A stretch of DNA of 64,000 nucleotides from Azolla caroliniana (Eukaryota; Plantae; Polypodiophyta), in the NCBI GenBank assembly GCA_043228905.1, contig JBHGNT010000003.1, positions 18,724,001 to 18,788,000 on the forward strand, in the 5' to 3' direction. The stretch's first letter is position 1. Every line of letters starts with the position of its first letter. Under the pieces are notes generated by a model. That model saw nothing but the letters and a program-made list of their open reading frames with translations, was not told the DNA's origin and ran no database searches. A program made the position numbers and the translations under genes. This document shows, one piece after another, positions 25,221 through 39,150 of the stretch.

Positions 25221-26740
25221 TATGATGATGATGGTTCTCATGAGGTTTTTTCTTGCGGAGATTCTATATCCCTTTGCAAAATAGGGTATTCGTTGTGCTG
25301 TACATGACAGTGAAAGCAATTGCTTTAAATATAAATAATTGCATATAGATTCACTAGCTTATTCTTGTTTGCAATCTAAACACAATAAACATGTGTAGTG
25401 CTAAAGTTTTTACCTCACAACTTAATGCCGCATATTCCAGTGCCGAGAAATGTGTTAAATGTGTTTGCTCTTCATTATCAAAACACCCTTCATAAGCTTT
25501 AGTTTTCAGATCATGTACTGGCTTTACAACATTGAGATTGAATAAGTTTTACGACATTTGAAGTGTGGAAAAGGACAACTTGTTTTTTGGTAGCAATGTT
25601 GAACAAGGTGTGGAAATTATAGCTTTGCGCTTTGAAAGCCTTATAATAAACATTGTTTAGTCACGGTTTGAGGCTCATAAAGTTTGTCCCTTTAAAATTG
25701 CTTACAAGTTTACGTACATTCATTGTTATCTCTAAAAAAATTATGGATTTGTGGGATATTGTAAATAGTCGCAAAAGCATCGTGTTGTTATCATCAGAAA
25801 ATGTTTTTTCTCCCTTGGATACTGCTTTGAGTAATAAAAGGGTCATGCTAGTGATTTGGCAAATAATGCTAAATGAGCAGCACCATAGCTCTTGAAGAAT
25901 ACAAGCATCCCCAGTAAGAGAGCTCATATTCTTCATCAAATCTTTATAAAACAAGATGTTTGTGTACATATTTCAATCCATGCATTCTGTCTTATTCGCT
26001 AATAATGTATTCTTAATTGGACGTTGACACGCAGATGCGATAGTTTTTATGTGAAACAACAAAATGATCTTGAATAATTCGATGCTAAATTGGGCCAATG
26101 TTATCTATAGTAGTTAGCCTTGCTAAATTGACTTAATAATTGAATGTTGATGCACAAATGAAATACTTTATTTGAGCAATGTGAGAAAAAGAAATCATCT
26201 TGAATAGTTTGGGCCAACTCGATCGAATAGTTAGCATGCTAAATTGACTTCTGCCAATCGATCCTCAATCTACAGATCACTAGGGTGACCCCAGATGATG
26301 GAAAAACCAAGTTATCATAAATCATTTGGAAGAATTTATCCAGTAAAATTAAGGTGACCAAATCACTCTTCCTTTACATCTACTTCATCCCGCCTCTAAA
26401 TATGGCCAAAAAGGACTTTCTTGACCAATAGGACATCTATCAAGACATATAGTATTTGCAATCAAAGCCTTCATTTGATCTTGTCGACCTTTGCTAAAAG
26501 AAACGACAATATGCATTGATGGGCGAGTTGCCCGACGTGAGGAAAGGGCATTCCGGTAATTTAAAAAGAAAATCAACAGGAGAGGGATACTCTAATGTAA
26601 CAAGGGAAACAAATTTCTGAAAAAATCCCTGAGGTTTTGTTTATTTATTTCACAAGATGCCCCTGAAGACATAAAAAGGCTTTAAGAAAATCATCACAAC
26701 TTGCTCTTTGCTCTGCTTCTCCTCCTTCTAGAAAATAGCT

Positions 26741-28714
26741 ATGGCTGATGAACCAAGGTATGCGTATCCTTCACAACCACCCTATGGATATCCTCCCCCC
26801 ACTAATCAAGGTAATATATATTGATATATTACTATTTCTCTCCTATCTTTGTATGTATGTAGGTATATAAAATTCTTTCTAGGTTATGAGCAGCAAATTC
26901 CATCAGTGCGTGCATGTGATTGATAGATGGATTAACTGGATGATTCCATCGATTCATTAATTGTTTTCTTTGAAGATTGCATATAATCTGTTCAGAGTTG
27001 ATCCATCCACCACTTTTTCGATATTTTGTGTAATGTATTATTCGATTGATAGGTCTCTTGCTATTTAATGTACAGTAGTTCCATTTCAGCTCTTCAATGT
27101 TCTTGCTTGTGTACTTTATTTCTTTCTTGTTTTGATTCTTGCTTGCTTTTGTGTTTCAATTTTTTGTCTTGCTTTATATTTTTATTTATTTGCATGTTTA
27201 TGTTTCCGATTGTCTTCTTTGCTTGTCACGATCAGATCTTGCTTTTTTCTGTTTTAATTCCTATTTATTATATATGCACGTGCTGGATTTCATGCCTTTT
27301 TTTCTTTATTTGCGTGTCTTGAAAAGAAAATGTTGCTTCCTATCTCATATGCTATTTATATTAGAATTTTGCTTTTTTGTTCCTAGAATTCTGACTGTTT
27401 CTTCCCTATACATGTGTGTTCCTTACATGTAATCCCTGTAAATTCAGGGAATACATGCAAAGACTTGTTCTGTTGGATGTTTCTGTAATATACCTGCTGT
27501 ATAAATGTAGTATTGGTAGCACCTGCTGAAGCATTATGTGGGAAGTGCCGGCTATGCCCATCATACCGGTTATTATGTCATGTAAATTTGTACCGCCGGT
27601 CATTTATGTACCTGTTTTAATGCATATTTATGTGCCTGTAACTGTCATCTACTTGTAATAGCACTGGTAAAACACCTGTTGGGTTCTTCTACCGGAAATA
27701 TATGAACTATCCTTAAGGCTTGTAATTTCCATGAATTTATCACCAGTTGTGCACCAATGATGCGTGGCGTGTTTTCGCTTGTACAGGTTATGCCTACCAT
27801 GTTTCTTATCATAACTGTATTACCTGTATTACTTGAATTCTTGTGTTTTCGTTTGTACAGGTTATGCCTACCATGTTTCTTATCATAGCTGTACTTTACC
27901 TGTATTATTTGAATTCTTGTATCACTTACATTTGTATCGATTGAAGATCTAACATTTTCTTTTTCGCTCCATCATCATCGATAAGGCTATTACTACCAGC
28001 AACAGCCGCCGCCTGTCGTACCACCACCTCAATATGCTCAACCTCCTCCTCCTCCTAAATCTGGTTTTGTAGGTTGCCTTCAAGGCTGGTAAGCCTTTCT
28101 AAAATATACTAATTGTTTTATATGATCTGTTATGAGAAAGTGTATGTTTAAAATGTGGCTGTTGTAGTAGTTCTACAAAAATTTCATACATTTTTGCTGA
28201 AATATGCCTGGAACCACATAAAAAAGATAAACCTGCCATTGTAGTCTGTAGTATACATATGTTTTTTGCAATACTGTTTTTCCTTTTCCAAGAGGGAAGT
28301 TTAATACAAAATTGCCATTGTCTTCATTGTTTCTTATTTCTATTTTTAAGCATTCATGTGCTCATGATTTAATCAAGAAAGTCTCTAATTTATCAGCATT
28401 GTGAGTATGGAATGCACATATAAATAATCCAAGTAATTCATTATTATGGTTTGATTGGATTGAGGTCTCTTAAGAGTTTGTAAGAATCATAAATAGGAAG
28501 AGTGGTATTTCTGGTGAAATCTTGAAAAGCAAAATTGTTGCATTTTTGCCTTTTTTCATAAATAGAGTGAGTGAGATTTTGCAATCAAAATGCTGGTTCT
28601 TGCCATTGTCAGGATTGTTTATATAATTTCTGTTGCTTGTGCAGTCTGGCTGCCCTCTGTTGCTGCTGTCTCTTGGATGAATGTTGCTGTGATCCCTCCA
28701 TCTTTCTGGATTGA
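26741..28714 (+). CDS. CYSTM (cysteine-rich transmembrane module) protein, about 80 aa, exons 26741-26810, 27986-28088, 28645-28714
   Basis: Spliced product MADEPRYAYPSQPPYGYPPPTNQGYYYQQQPPPVVPPPQYAQPPPPPKSGFVGCLQGCLAALCCCCLLDECCCDPSIFLD*. Canonical GT-AG introns. Confidence 0.93.
27770..27920. repeat. ~74-bp tandem duplication in CYSTM intron 1
   Basis: TTGTACAGGTTATGCCTACCATGTTTCTTATCATA...TTGAATTCTTGT occurs twice. Confidence 0.85.
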
Positions 28715-30449
28715 TTGGTATCCTTCATGCAGATCAAACCACCTCCCTAATGTCATGTATTATGTTGCATCCATCTCTCTCTCTCTCTCTTGGAAGGGCC
28801 TCCATGAGCTCTAATTGTCTACAGGATTTGACGATGGTTTTCCATTAAAAAAAGCATCTTTAGGAATATTTGTTCAGCCCTTCAGCACGCAAGAAGGGCC
28901 AACATTTTGTAGACATTGGAGACTAAGGTTAGATCTTATATTACTGTGTGTACCGATCATGTGTTTGTCAATATATATTTCTTGATCTCGTTTTTAAGGC
29001 CGATATTGCGAGGATTCATTGGTTTGACAATAGCCTAAATGTTTGTGTTTGAAGTACTTCATGCACTTGACCATGCATTGATGAAGATGAAATTTGACCA
29101 AGTCAAAGTCGGAACATAACTTGTCCTAAAGAAGGTTAAAGACCAGCCATACGCGGATTTAACAAACACTCTATGACGTTGATGCCGTTAATGTAGTGCA
29201 TGCATCACCTTAGTACATATCATTTTGATTGTTTAACTTAATGCACATTGTCGTTAACTTAATGCATGATGCCGTTAACTTAATTCAGGTGTCTTTGCAT
29301 TGCTTCATAGTAATGGTTTGTAATTGTGTTGTAGCACTCCCTATAATGGAAAGGGTACCAACTAGCCAATCCTAGTTTACAAGCAACCTCTCCTATGGTG
29401 TTTATGATTTTCCATGGGCTACAATCTCTCAAAGATAGTTTGATAGGGGAGGTAAGAAGGTTACTAACTTGTATGCATTGTCTTGTGTCAAATCAACTTG
29501 GACATCTCTCTTGTTTGCATAGTATGTCACCCTTTTTGCTGGATCAAATATTTGTCCTAGCCATGGCCAACATCGCTCATACCCTTCAAATATTGTGAAG
29601 CACTTGGGTTGCAACAACTTTCTTTGAATATGGACCAAATTTTGTCAAACAAGGAAAACTTAGCATCAATATTCTATTGTTTGCAAACTCGGGAAATGAA
29701 ACATAAACAACCTAACCTACATTCATTCCTATAAGCGTAGTTTGTGGCTTATTGACTACATGTTCAATACACTCACCTCTGTTATTGAATTGATATACAT
29801 GTATTGCACAATCAATGAATGGCTTCTTGCATGCAAGGCACACCTTCTCAAGAATAACAGCATCAAAGCATAACAACTTTGTGATGTCAAAATTGAGCTT
29901 TGCTTGGTTATGTTGGATATCTAGGTCTATCAATGCAATTGGTGTATACTCAACACAACTGGTTCATCTTGTGTTATGTTGGATATCTAGGTCTATCAAT
30001 GTAACTAGTGTATGCTCAAAACAACTAGTTTACGCCTCACTAAGTTATGGTTGGACATTGTGTCACAAGATGAATCATACAACCTCACCTCATCACAACC
30101 ATTTATACTTCAGTAGATGACAATACATCAATGCATCTTAGAGTTTAAGCAACTTGATCAACATGTCTCCTTCCAACAAATGTTTCAAGTAATGACAAAC
30201 ATTTTATTGCAAGTAAACCACACTAATAAAACATTATTGACTTTTCCTTCTACTAGTTTATCAAATTCACAAGCACGTCACGATCTAAAGGTTACACCAA
30301 AATATTCTAAAGGTTACACTTCACGATCTAAAGGTTCTACAGAGTCAAAGGTAGGTCAGAGTTGAATACTCAGTAGAGTCGAAGGCTGTCTAGAGTGTAG
30401 GTAACTTAGAGTTTTCTCAAGCTAAAAAATATGATCCACGACACTATCT

Positions 30450-31320
30450 TGCTCACACATCCAGAGTTTATTACTAAGCCATTCAAACTCTAAACAGACA
30501 AGTGAATGTCTCGAACACTAAACAATGAACAATCAATTGCTTTCATCAGTTACGCACTTACGAAGGCCGAAAGAGAATTACTCTACCATAGAGAAAGAAC
30601 TTTTCGCAATAGTATGAGCATTCAACAAATTCCATCCATACCTACAGGGCACCTCCATGATTGTCGAGGCAAATCGCCAACCTCTAGTCTCGTTACTCCG
30701 CAAATGACATCCATCGGGTCAATTATTGCACTTGACTTTGGACTTGCAAGAATACAAATTTCAATTAGCATATTGTATAGGAGCAACAAACCTCATTGTT
30801 GATGGCCTTTCCTGTTCCGAAATCCAAGCAACCCGATTCAACGAAACCATCTTGCTCCCCATTCCCCTTGACCGAATGGCCGCATTTAACAACAAAGATC
30901 TAATAATGAATGAAATCACCAACCAACTCTACTCCCCTCGGATCGTTCCCTTAAAATAAAAAAAACGATTAAACATAAAAAGCTAGGTCATCAATTTTGT
31001 TAGTGTTAGTGATAGCTTTGAGCCCCATCCCATCTCTACATCCCTCATGCACCTCAACGAACTTATCTAGAGTTCTACCACACAACCATCAGATGTGTGG
31101 CACACCTTGGATTCTTCTAGAAACTCCTAGAAAACATTGTGACTTCGATATTATTGGCCACACATACAGAAAACAGTATATGATCATCTCCAACAATGCA
31201 CAACATGCCTGCATCAGAGACCATAAATTCCAACCATTTGGCGAGAGCTTTACCCATATTTCAGTTTCTTAAACCCTTTCGAACTCGTCGATTAGGAGAA
31301 AACCCCTTGCCTATTTCCAG
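30450..31320 (+). pseudogene. Highly degenerate Ty3/gypsy RNase H and integrase zinc-finger fragment
   Basis: IAFISYALTKAER, LQEYKFQLAYCIGATNLIVDGLS and HNHQMCG...WPHI...CTTC across frameshifts. Confidence 0.7.
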
Positions 31321-31327
31321 CTCTTTC

Positions 31328-31759
31328 ACGCATCGATGGGTCGGTGACGGTCCATTCACAATCACAAAATAGGTTCCTAACTAACTCTAGTTAAGATAGA
31401 TAACCTTAGTCATTGTCTTGTAGAATCAACCATAGTTGAGTTAAGGCAGTTACAAGGATGTCGATGCTTGAGCGAATCTTTTGACGCATCGATGGGTCGG
31501 TGTCGGTCCATTCACAATCACAAAACAGGTTCCTAACTAACTCTAGTTAAGATAACCTTAGTCATTGTCTTGTAGAACCAACTATAGTTGAGTTAAGGCA
31601 GTTACAAGGATGTCGATGCTTGAGCGAATCTTTTGACGCATCGATGGGTCGGTGTCGGTCCATTCACAATCACAAAACAGGTTCCTAACTAACTCTGGTT
31701 AAGATAGCCTTTGTCATGGGCTTGTCGAACCAACCATAGTTGAGTTAAGGCAGTTACAA
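31328..31759. repeat. About 2.8 copies of a 152-156 bp tandem repeat
   Basis: ACGCATCGATGGGTCGGTG... starts at 31328, 31484 and 31636. Confidence 0.93.
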
Positions 31760-33645
31760 TGAAACCTAGAACTACTTGTAGCTAACCAAGAACCACCCAT
31801 AACTAACAAAGAACTACCATACATAATTGTCCAACTAACACTCTATATAAGTATAAACATTGAAATGGAATCCGACAAGTTTTGGAGTGAACATTGTGGA
31901 TATTTCACAATGTGTGTCTGTATATATATTTGTATGTATTTAAGGATAGAAGAGATGTCTTAAATGAAAAGAAGATGATGATGATGAAGAAGGAACAAAA
32001 AGGAGGCGTGGTGTGCCCTAAGGCATGTCCTCCCAAATTCAGGACATGCTTTCATATAATAGCCCCATGCACAAGGGCTAGTATGCAAGCCTAGCCCCCT
32101 ATAAACACAACATTAGTGTATTGTGTCAACAACTATGCCCAAGGACCTCTTAGAATGGTCAAGCATCACTTATAATTGTGACAATATGCTTCATGAGATC
32201 TTTGATTAAATAGGCACCTTCAATTTTCCTAGCTTGAAATATAACACACAAGCAAGGATTCATCTTAATTGTAGACTTGATTATTCTAGGGCAAAACTAA
32301 AAAGAAACTCTTTGGACTAACTAGGAAATAGAAAATCATTCCATATGTAAATCATGTTGTCTATTCCATTTAAGCCTTTATGAATTGGGTTGTGTAATAA
32401 ATATGTATAGTGACATCTAGGAACTTCTTTTGATCAAGTTAAGCAATTGACAAAGGCAATCAAAAGTAATGAATGTAAATAAAAATTCACTATTCTGTTT
32501 GAGCCTTAATGGATGTGGTTGAATACACATGTATGTATGCATGGTGACATCTAGCCAGATTTGAATTAAACATGGAACCATTACATTTCCTCCTTTTTAA
32601 CATCAATAAATCAATGTAAAAAGTCCTCCGCACATTTACCGTACACCGGCCATTCCTTCACAAACTTCATGTTGGATGGGACATGATTGATTCAAAATAT
32701 GAACACACTCACATACAATCAACCAGTACCTCCCTTGTTAGCTTAGCATCGATAACAACTCGTGTATAAAAAAATCCACTGTTACATCTTTACAGCTGTT
32801 TCCCAAGGATTCAATCATTTTTACTGGTTATCTCCACTAATTTGCATTATGCATCGCCTCCCATATTTATTACATGAATATCCCATCCCGCATATTATAG
32901 ATATGTTTACTGGGAACTTCATACTTCAAAACAGAATTGACCCATGCATTTCAAAAAGTAATGCATTTCCTACAGAGTAGAAAAGAAAAACCGAACATAA
33001 TATAACAAAACAAACTGTCAAAACAATTACCATCTCATATCATATGTGTTGGTACTGATCCATAGAAAAGTACTCTAGCATGTGTAGATGCAACACATAT
33101 AACCATTTTCTCAATAATCCTTAACCTGAACATCTCATAATAATAATAATCTCATAATATCACATCACACACGCCCAACAACATTAACTCATCTGATGGT
33201 TTTGTTATTTGCATATCTTCAACATAATTTAACCTTTTTCTTTATTAGAAATCTGTTCATTAAAAATTACCTGACATCAAATATATCATCACAGAGAACA
33301 ATTGACCCATCTTATCCGAATTCTTAATACATATCAATCAGAAAAGCTACATTTTGTTTTCATTTTTTATCATATAAAGAAACATAACATAAAAAACCAT
33401 ACAGTTACTTAACATGGGGAGCCCATTTCCTTGATATGCACAGTCCTGAGGTAAACATTTGCCTTATAAATAGGTGAATGTTCGAACCATCATTTCATCA
33501 CAAAGAAGTGTGTATTCTCAACTGCCCAGATTTGATCCTTTGCCATCCAAAGCGACATTATGGTGGGGTGGTTTCACATGGACATGTACTTGCTTTCTTT
33601 GCACAAAGACTTGTATAGTGATAATATAAAATGACATAATTAGAC

Positions 33646-35064
33646 TCAATGTTGCGACCATTGAATCGATTTAATGTCGATACCTTCTTGCACCATTTCC
33701 CACAACGGGCTCATTTGCCTTAGTTTTTCAACTTGATGGATCGTAAGGTTCACGGCCTTATCAATCTCCTCAGCTGTCGTGAACCGTCCGATCCCAAACC
33801 TTATTGAAGTATGTGCCATATCTTCCTCCACACCCAAAGCTCTCAAAACATATGATGGTTCAAGGCTCGCACTAGTACATGCACTACCACTAGAAACTGC
33901 AACTTCTTTCAATCCCATAAGCAAACTCTCTCCTTCAACATACGAAAAAGATAAGTTCAGATTGCCTGCATATCTATGCTCCATTGATCCATTGATGACA
34001 ACACCGTCGATCTTTGACATAATCCCTTGAAGTAAACGTTGTTGCAAACCTTGGACGTGGATTTCATCATAGGGCATTTCATGAAGGGCGAGTTCACATG
34101 CAGCCCCGAACCCGACTACAAGAGGGGTTGGTACAGTGCCACTACGAATACCTCTCTCTTGTCCACCACCACTCATTTGAGCCTCTACACGAACCCTAGG
34201 TCTCCTCCTCATATATAGTGCCCCCACACCTTTAGGACCATATAGCTTGTGTGCACTAAGTGACATCACATCAATGTTAAGCTTATTCACATCGATCGGA
34301 ATTTTACCCAAGGCTTGTGCAGCATCAGTGTGGAAGAATATATTATTTTCTCGGCAAATTGATCCAATCTCGGCCATCGGCTGCACAACCCCAATCTCAT
34401 TGTTGACAGTCATGATTGAAACAAGGGCAGTATCTTTTCGAATTGCTGCCCTTAGGTCGGATAAGTCCACAAGACCATCTTTCTTCACCTTAAGATATGT
34501 CACATCAAACCCTTCTTGTTCCAAGTATCGACATGAGTCAAGAACACATTTGTGCTCGGTTTGGGTGGTAATCACATGCTTTTTCTTGTCTTTATAGAAA
34601 TGCATAATGCCTTTGATTGATATGTTGTTCGATTCTGTGGCTCCCGACGTGAAAATGATCTCTTTAGGGCTTGCTCCTATGAGAGAAGCAACTTGGTCTC
34701 GAGCCTTTTCTACCGCACTATCACTCTCCCATCCGTAAAGATGTGTTCTTGAATGTGGATTTCCATACTGATGAAGATAATACGGTAACATAGTGTCCAA
34801 AACCCTAGGGTCCACAGGTGTTGTCGCTTGCATATCTAAATATAAAGGTCTTCCGGAGATTCGAACACCTTTCATTTGAATCCCTTCAGGTTTTTGCTCT
34901 TTCTCTATCTCTCCGTCAATCGTTCTCTCTTTCTCTATGGCAGAAGAAGAAGAAGAAGAAGAAGAAGAAACAGTGGTAGATATGGAGCGATGAATACCTG
35001 TTGCGATTCTGCGACAAGCGTTTGTTGCGAGATTGCAGAGAGAAGAATGTCTGAGGCTCGCCAT
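33646..35064 (-). CDS. NFS1: Mitochondrial cysteine desulfurase (IscS/NFS1), single exon, 472 aa from the first ATG
   Basis: [50 protein letters not shown] (PLP Lys), SSGSACTS (catalytic Cys), C-terminal IQWSQH. Arg/Ser-rich presequence. ATG at 35064. Confidence 0.97.
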   Translation of the reverse strand: MASLRHSSLCNLATNACRRIATGIHRSISTTVSSSSSSSSSAIEKERTIDGEIEKEQKPEGIQMKGVRISGRPLYLDMQATTPVDPRVLDTMLPYYLHQYGNPHSRTHLYGWESDSAVEKARDQVASLIGASPKEIIFTSGATESNNISIKGIMHFYKDKKKHVITTQTEHKCVLDSCRYLEQEGFDVTYLKVKKDGLVDLSDLRAAIRKDTALVSIMTVNNEIGVVQPMAEIGSICRENNIFFHTDAAQALGKIPIDVNKLNIDVMSLSAHKLYGPKGVGALYMRRRPRVRVEAQMSGGGQERGIRSGTVPTPLVVGFGAACELALHEMPYDEIHVQGLQQRLLQGIMSKIDGVVINGSMEHRYAGNLNLSFSYVEGESLLMGLKEVAVSSGSACTSASLEPSYVLRALGVEEDMAHTSIRFGIGRFTTAEEIDKAVNLTIHQVEKLRQMSPLWEMVQEGIDIKSIQWSQH

Positions 35065-35107
35065 ATCCCTTTCCGTTGACTTGAAGCACACAGAGACGAG
35101 ATGTAAG

Positions 35108-35163
35108 TAACCCTAACACTATCTATCTGTCTGTCAGACACAAGACTTAATAGAAACCCTAAA
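35108..35163. promoter_or_regulatory. Telo-box motifs upstream of NFS1
   Basis: TAACCCTAA at about 35108 and AAACCCTAAA at about 35154, within 100 bp of the ATG. Confidence 0.45.
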
Positions 35164-35392
35164 CGAATGGCAGTAGCAGCAGCAATAGATACATACATAC
35201 ATAGTCTCAGCCAAAACTCATCGTGTTTATTACATATACTGTATATACATATGGTACCAGATATAGTATGTATGTCGGCTCAAGAGACTAAACCAACCCA
35301 GGCCATTTTGGGTGTTCCCGTCGGGTGCCCGGATGCCCGGACATCTGGGTCTCCCGATCGGCTGCTCGGACATTTGGGTGGACACCTCTGCC

Positions 35393-35423
<31 letters not shown>

Positions 35424-35486
35424 ACCCTCTCGATTGCTCGTAATGGGCACATTCTGAGCCTCTGGCCCCGGACATCTGTGTCCTTG

Positions 35487-36042
35487 ATGATGCCGCAGGT
35501 GTTCCCGCACGCACCCTCGGAACTCTTCGCAATCACCATAATCTCAGTTCGAGGCCCCCACTAATGGACGATTTGCGCGGAAGAGTGTATGAGGACCTTG
35601 TCGCAGGATGTACAACAAACAACACAGATTTGTCCCAAGGAGAAGAAATAGGTAAGGGATAGACTCAGATTTCGCGCTTCAATGGAAGTTCTTATTATCT
35701 CTTTTTCTGTAACTCTTTTTCTCCAAGACTCAAGAAGATTATCGTTACAATGTTACGGTTGAGCTTATATACTCAAGCCCTAACTCCAAGACGTGGTCAC
35801 ACTAAAGATACAGAGTGGAAGGACTCGCTCGGCCTTTTATGCTAACACCCATATCTTCTCTATCCCCCTTAAGATCCCTGGTTCCGACATACACACTCAC
35901 TCTAGAACTCCTTGAAATGCCCACAATCTTAGTCCGTGGTTGGCCAAACATGTGTGATATCCGTGAGGTGGCGATGGCAGGTTCACGATCTTAGTATGTC
36001 GTTTCTCGATTTCACAACTGTTGTTTTAAGTCTTCCCCTACA
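35487..36042 (-). mobile_element. Putative solo LTR (Gypsy non-chromovirus-like)
   Basis: Minus-strand start TGTAGGGGAAGAC at 36042. TATA at about 35765. Left boundary is uncertain and no TSD was found. Confidence 0.4.
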
Positions 36043-36344
36043 AAAAGTTCCTTTGGGGTGGTTGTCTCTCGTGACATGATTGGTCCCTTTTTTGTTTATT
36101 CCTTTCGAGTTCTCACACGGCATAGACATTCATTCTTTGGGGGGTTCTTTTTTTCGAGCTTTCCCACTCGTAATATATTGCAAAAATTAGTAGGGTGAAC
36201 TAATCATTATTGCTTACAACTCGTTTTACTATTGATTGAATGTTTGATGGTGCCCTATAGATGCAAAATTCCATGTTTGATGTCCTCGATCAATTTTGGC
36301 CAAATAAACATAATTGAAAATTTCTTAAATTAATGAAACTTCAA

Positions 36345-39150
36345 CACTTGTTTGTTTTTTTTTTCCAAAACAAAACTCCTTCCATTAATTATAAAATTTT
36401 ACAAATGAGATTATTATGTACAAATCCCTCTAGGGACGCGATAGTTCCATCTTATGTGGGAGAGGACGACCATTGTTGGATGAAGGCTATTCGTTGTCTT
36501 TCAACTCCATTGGAGCCGCCATTGAGGCCATCATATTAGCTCTTTAGAGTGGCTACAATTTCACTCCATATCTCTTGCAGTAACATTGTTGGATGCATGG
36601 TTTGGTTGGAGAAGACCCATCTAGACCGTTGTTTCCATAGAATCCAGAGAGTTATTGGGCTGACCAATTCCAATACAACTTGAGATTTGTCATTAAGAGG
36701 AGTTGAGTGGACATTGTTGCAGGCGGAGAAAAAAACCTCTTGTGCTTTTATCACCAAAGTCATCCCCTCCTCCTGATGCTCGTATCTGCCAACTAGGGTT
36801 TGCCATGATAGCCAACATATATTACCCCACTTGATTGAGCCTTGCACCTGGCATAATTGCAACAAGTGGCCAACCCCCCACCATATTCAATGGGACGCCG
36901 GGCAGTCCCACAGAGCATGTCGTATTGATTCTACTGCATTTGGACACTCTACACAATTAAGAGAGCTAGGGTTCCCACGTTGCCATGCTCCCACCGGTAG
37001 TGACTTATGTATTAATAGCCATTGGAACGTGGTAATTCGCCTCGCGTGTGGTTGTTTCCAGATTTTCTGCCAAAACTTGGTGATAATTATGCGAGGAACT
37101 TGATATGTGTGCCAAAGCTTTGCAGCAACCGGCTCTCGGGCGGTTTGAGTAGCTAGAATGTGGCGACCCAAACTAGTTGTGAATTGGAAGAAAGGGATGG
37201 GTTTGCTTCCTTGCCCCGAGTAAGGATCACGCCATGTCCATTGCAAAGGGTCCCAATTGACCATTTATGACTAGTATACGCGAGTACTCGAATTGCGTTA
37301 TTCTGTGTGGGCTCAATGTCTTGCAATTCAGAGCCTTCGATCCTATCTAGTGTTCCCCTACCTCTCGGGATCAAAGATCCCTCCTCCTCGTAGCCTATCC
37401 ATTTCTCCATTGTCGGCCTTTGAGTAGCAACTTCCCTAATCAATAGAGCGTTAATGATTTCCGATCTCATAGTCCATCCGCCCCTGATTCCATGGAGTAT
37501 GTTGGCTTGATCTTGTAGTGGCAGTGACATAAACCGTCTCCAACCTTCTATACTTTTTCCTGGATCTTCTGCAATGGATCCCCATGACAACCCCTTACTT
37601 GATCCAAGTAGTTGATTAGATTCATCCTTGATACATGGGTTCCATAGAATACGTTGACTAAGCCAGGCAGGTTTAGAACTCGGTTGATTGCACTTAAGCC
37701 CTCGTCGAATGTCGCACCATGCCTTCCACATGGATGCACTGAATCTAGCCTCCAATTGGCGGGAGAAACTAGGTTTGAGATCCATGTTTAGAATCCATCC
37801 CGTTGGGGGGCCCAATTGACCCCTTTTCGTGGCCTAAATTAAGTGAAGCGTAACCGCAGTAGTAGTTTCCAACAGTCATTTCCTGGTTGGAGTCCTCGCA
37901 CCACAAATTTGGCAAGGCTTTTGATTGTGAAAGGGGATCAATAAGACCCAATCCCCCCTCTCGACTTAGGTGCTGTGAGTATAGGCCACGCCACCTTGGC
38001 ACGAGTTACCTGATCTTCCTTACCAGACCAAATGTAGTTGCATACTAGTTGTTGAATCTGATGTATACTTTCCTTGGAGATTGTCCAACATGATAGACTG
38101 TACCATGTTGTTGCGAGTAGTACCTGGTTTGCCACTATGATGCGACCCGCTTGCGACAATTTTTTCGAACTCCAATGTATCAACTTTTGTCGAATGGAAT
38201 GGATAACGGGTGCAATCATAGTCTCCGACAGTATGTATTTGGTGCTCGTTTCTTGATTGATCCATTTGAAAGTCGGATGTGGGTGCCACACAGGATGTGT
38301 TTCATGAGAAAGCCATATTGCACAGGATTTGTGCCAATTGATCATGGCATTGGATCTCTTGCATAATATGGCTAACCCACTTTCTAGCTTTTGGAGGTTT
38401 TCCAAGTCCCTTCTACCTGCAAATTCTATATCCAGGATGCTTTGGTGAGAATGAGGCACTAGAAGACCACGTAGGTTGAGATGCTGCGAGTTGAGAAAGC
38501 AAGAGAGGTCTTCGGCGTATAATAGAAATAAGGATGGAGCTAATGGGCATTCCTGTCGTACAAATCGAGATATTCGGAAAAAGGGGCCCCTTTCACCTGC
38601 CGTTCCTATAAAGTCCTGCAATGCCTTTGATCCATGTCTCTTGAAAGCCGAGTTTCCCCATCACACTTTCTAGAAAGTTCCAGCATACCCTGTCATATGC
38701 TTTCTCAAAATCTAGTAGCACCACTGCTACCTTGTTGTTGGTACGCTTGGCAAGGGCTACTACTTCCTAGTATGGGAAGAGGTTGTCTAGGATGCTCTGA
38801 TTTCTAATGAAACCTGTCTGGGATGGATGAATGAGTTGATGGAGAAGTGGTGTTAAACGGCGTGCCATGATTTTTGCGAGCAACTTATAGACAGTATTGA
38901 GAAGAGTTATGGGCCGCCACTTGCTAATGTCGTTGGAACTCCCACCACTTTTAGGAATGAAATGTATCATCCCCTGTCCAAATTCCTCTAGCATGTTTCC
39001 AAAGGTGATGATCTCCTCATATGCCTGGAGGAGGTCTTCTTTAATAGTGTCCGAAAGGCAAGTGAAAAAGTGAGGGGTGAGGCCGTCGATTCTGGGGCAA
39101 CTATCTGCATCCAAATCAAAGAGGGCCTCCCATATCTTGATGAATGATAG
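36345..39150 (-). mobile_element. 5'-truncated, frameshifted L1-type LINE (ORF2 RT and zf-RVT)
   Basis: KWRPITLLNTVYKLLAK, QTGFIRNQSILDN, LDFEKAYDRV, VRQECPLAPSLF, CVECPNAVESIRHALWDC, LWILWKQR. A T-rich tract at about 36350-36364 is the likely poly(A) tail. Confidence 0.92.

Noticed and set aside
33646-35091. Intronless NFS1 as a retrogene or bacterial transfer, and the ORF-track start at 35091
   Set aside because: The sequence is typical eukaryotic NFS1 with a presequence, and plant NFS1 is, to my recollection, commonly single-exon. 35091 is a non-ATG start and the first ATG is at 35064.
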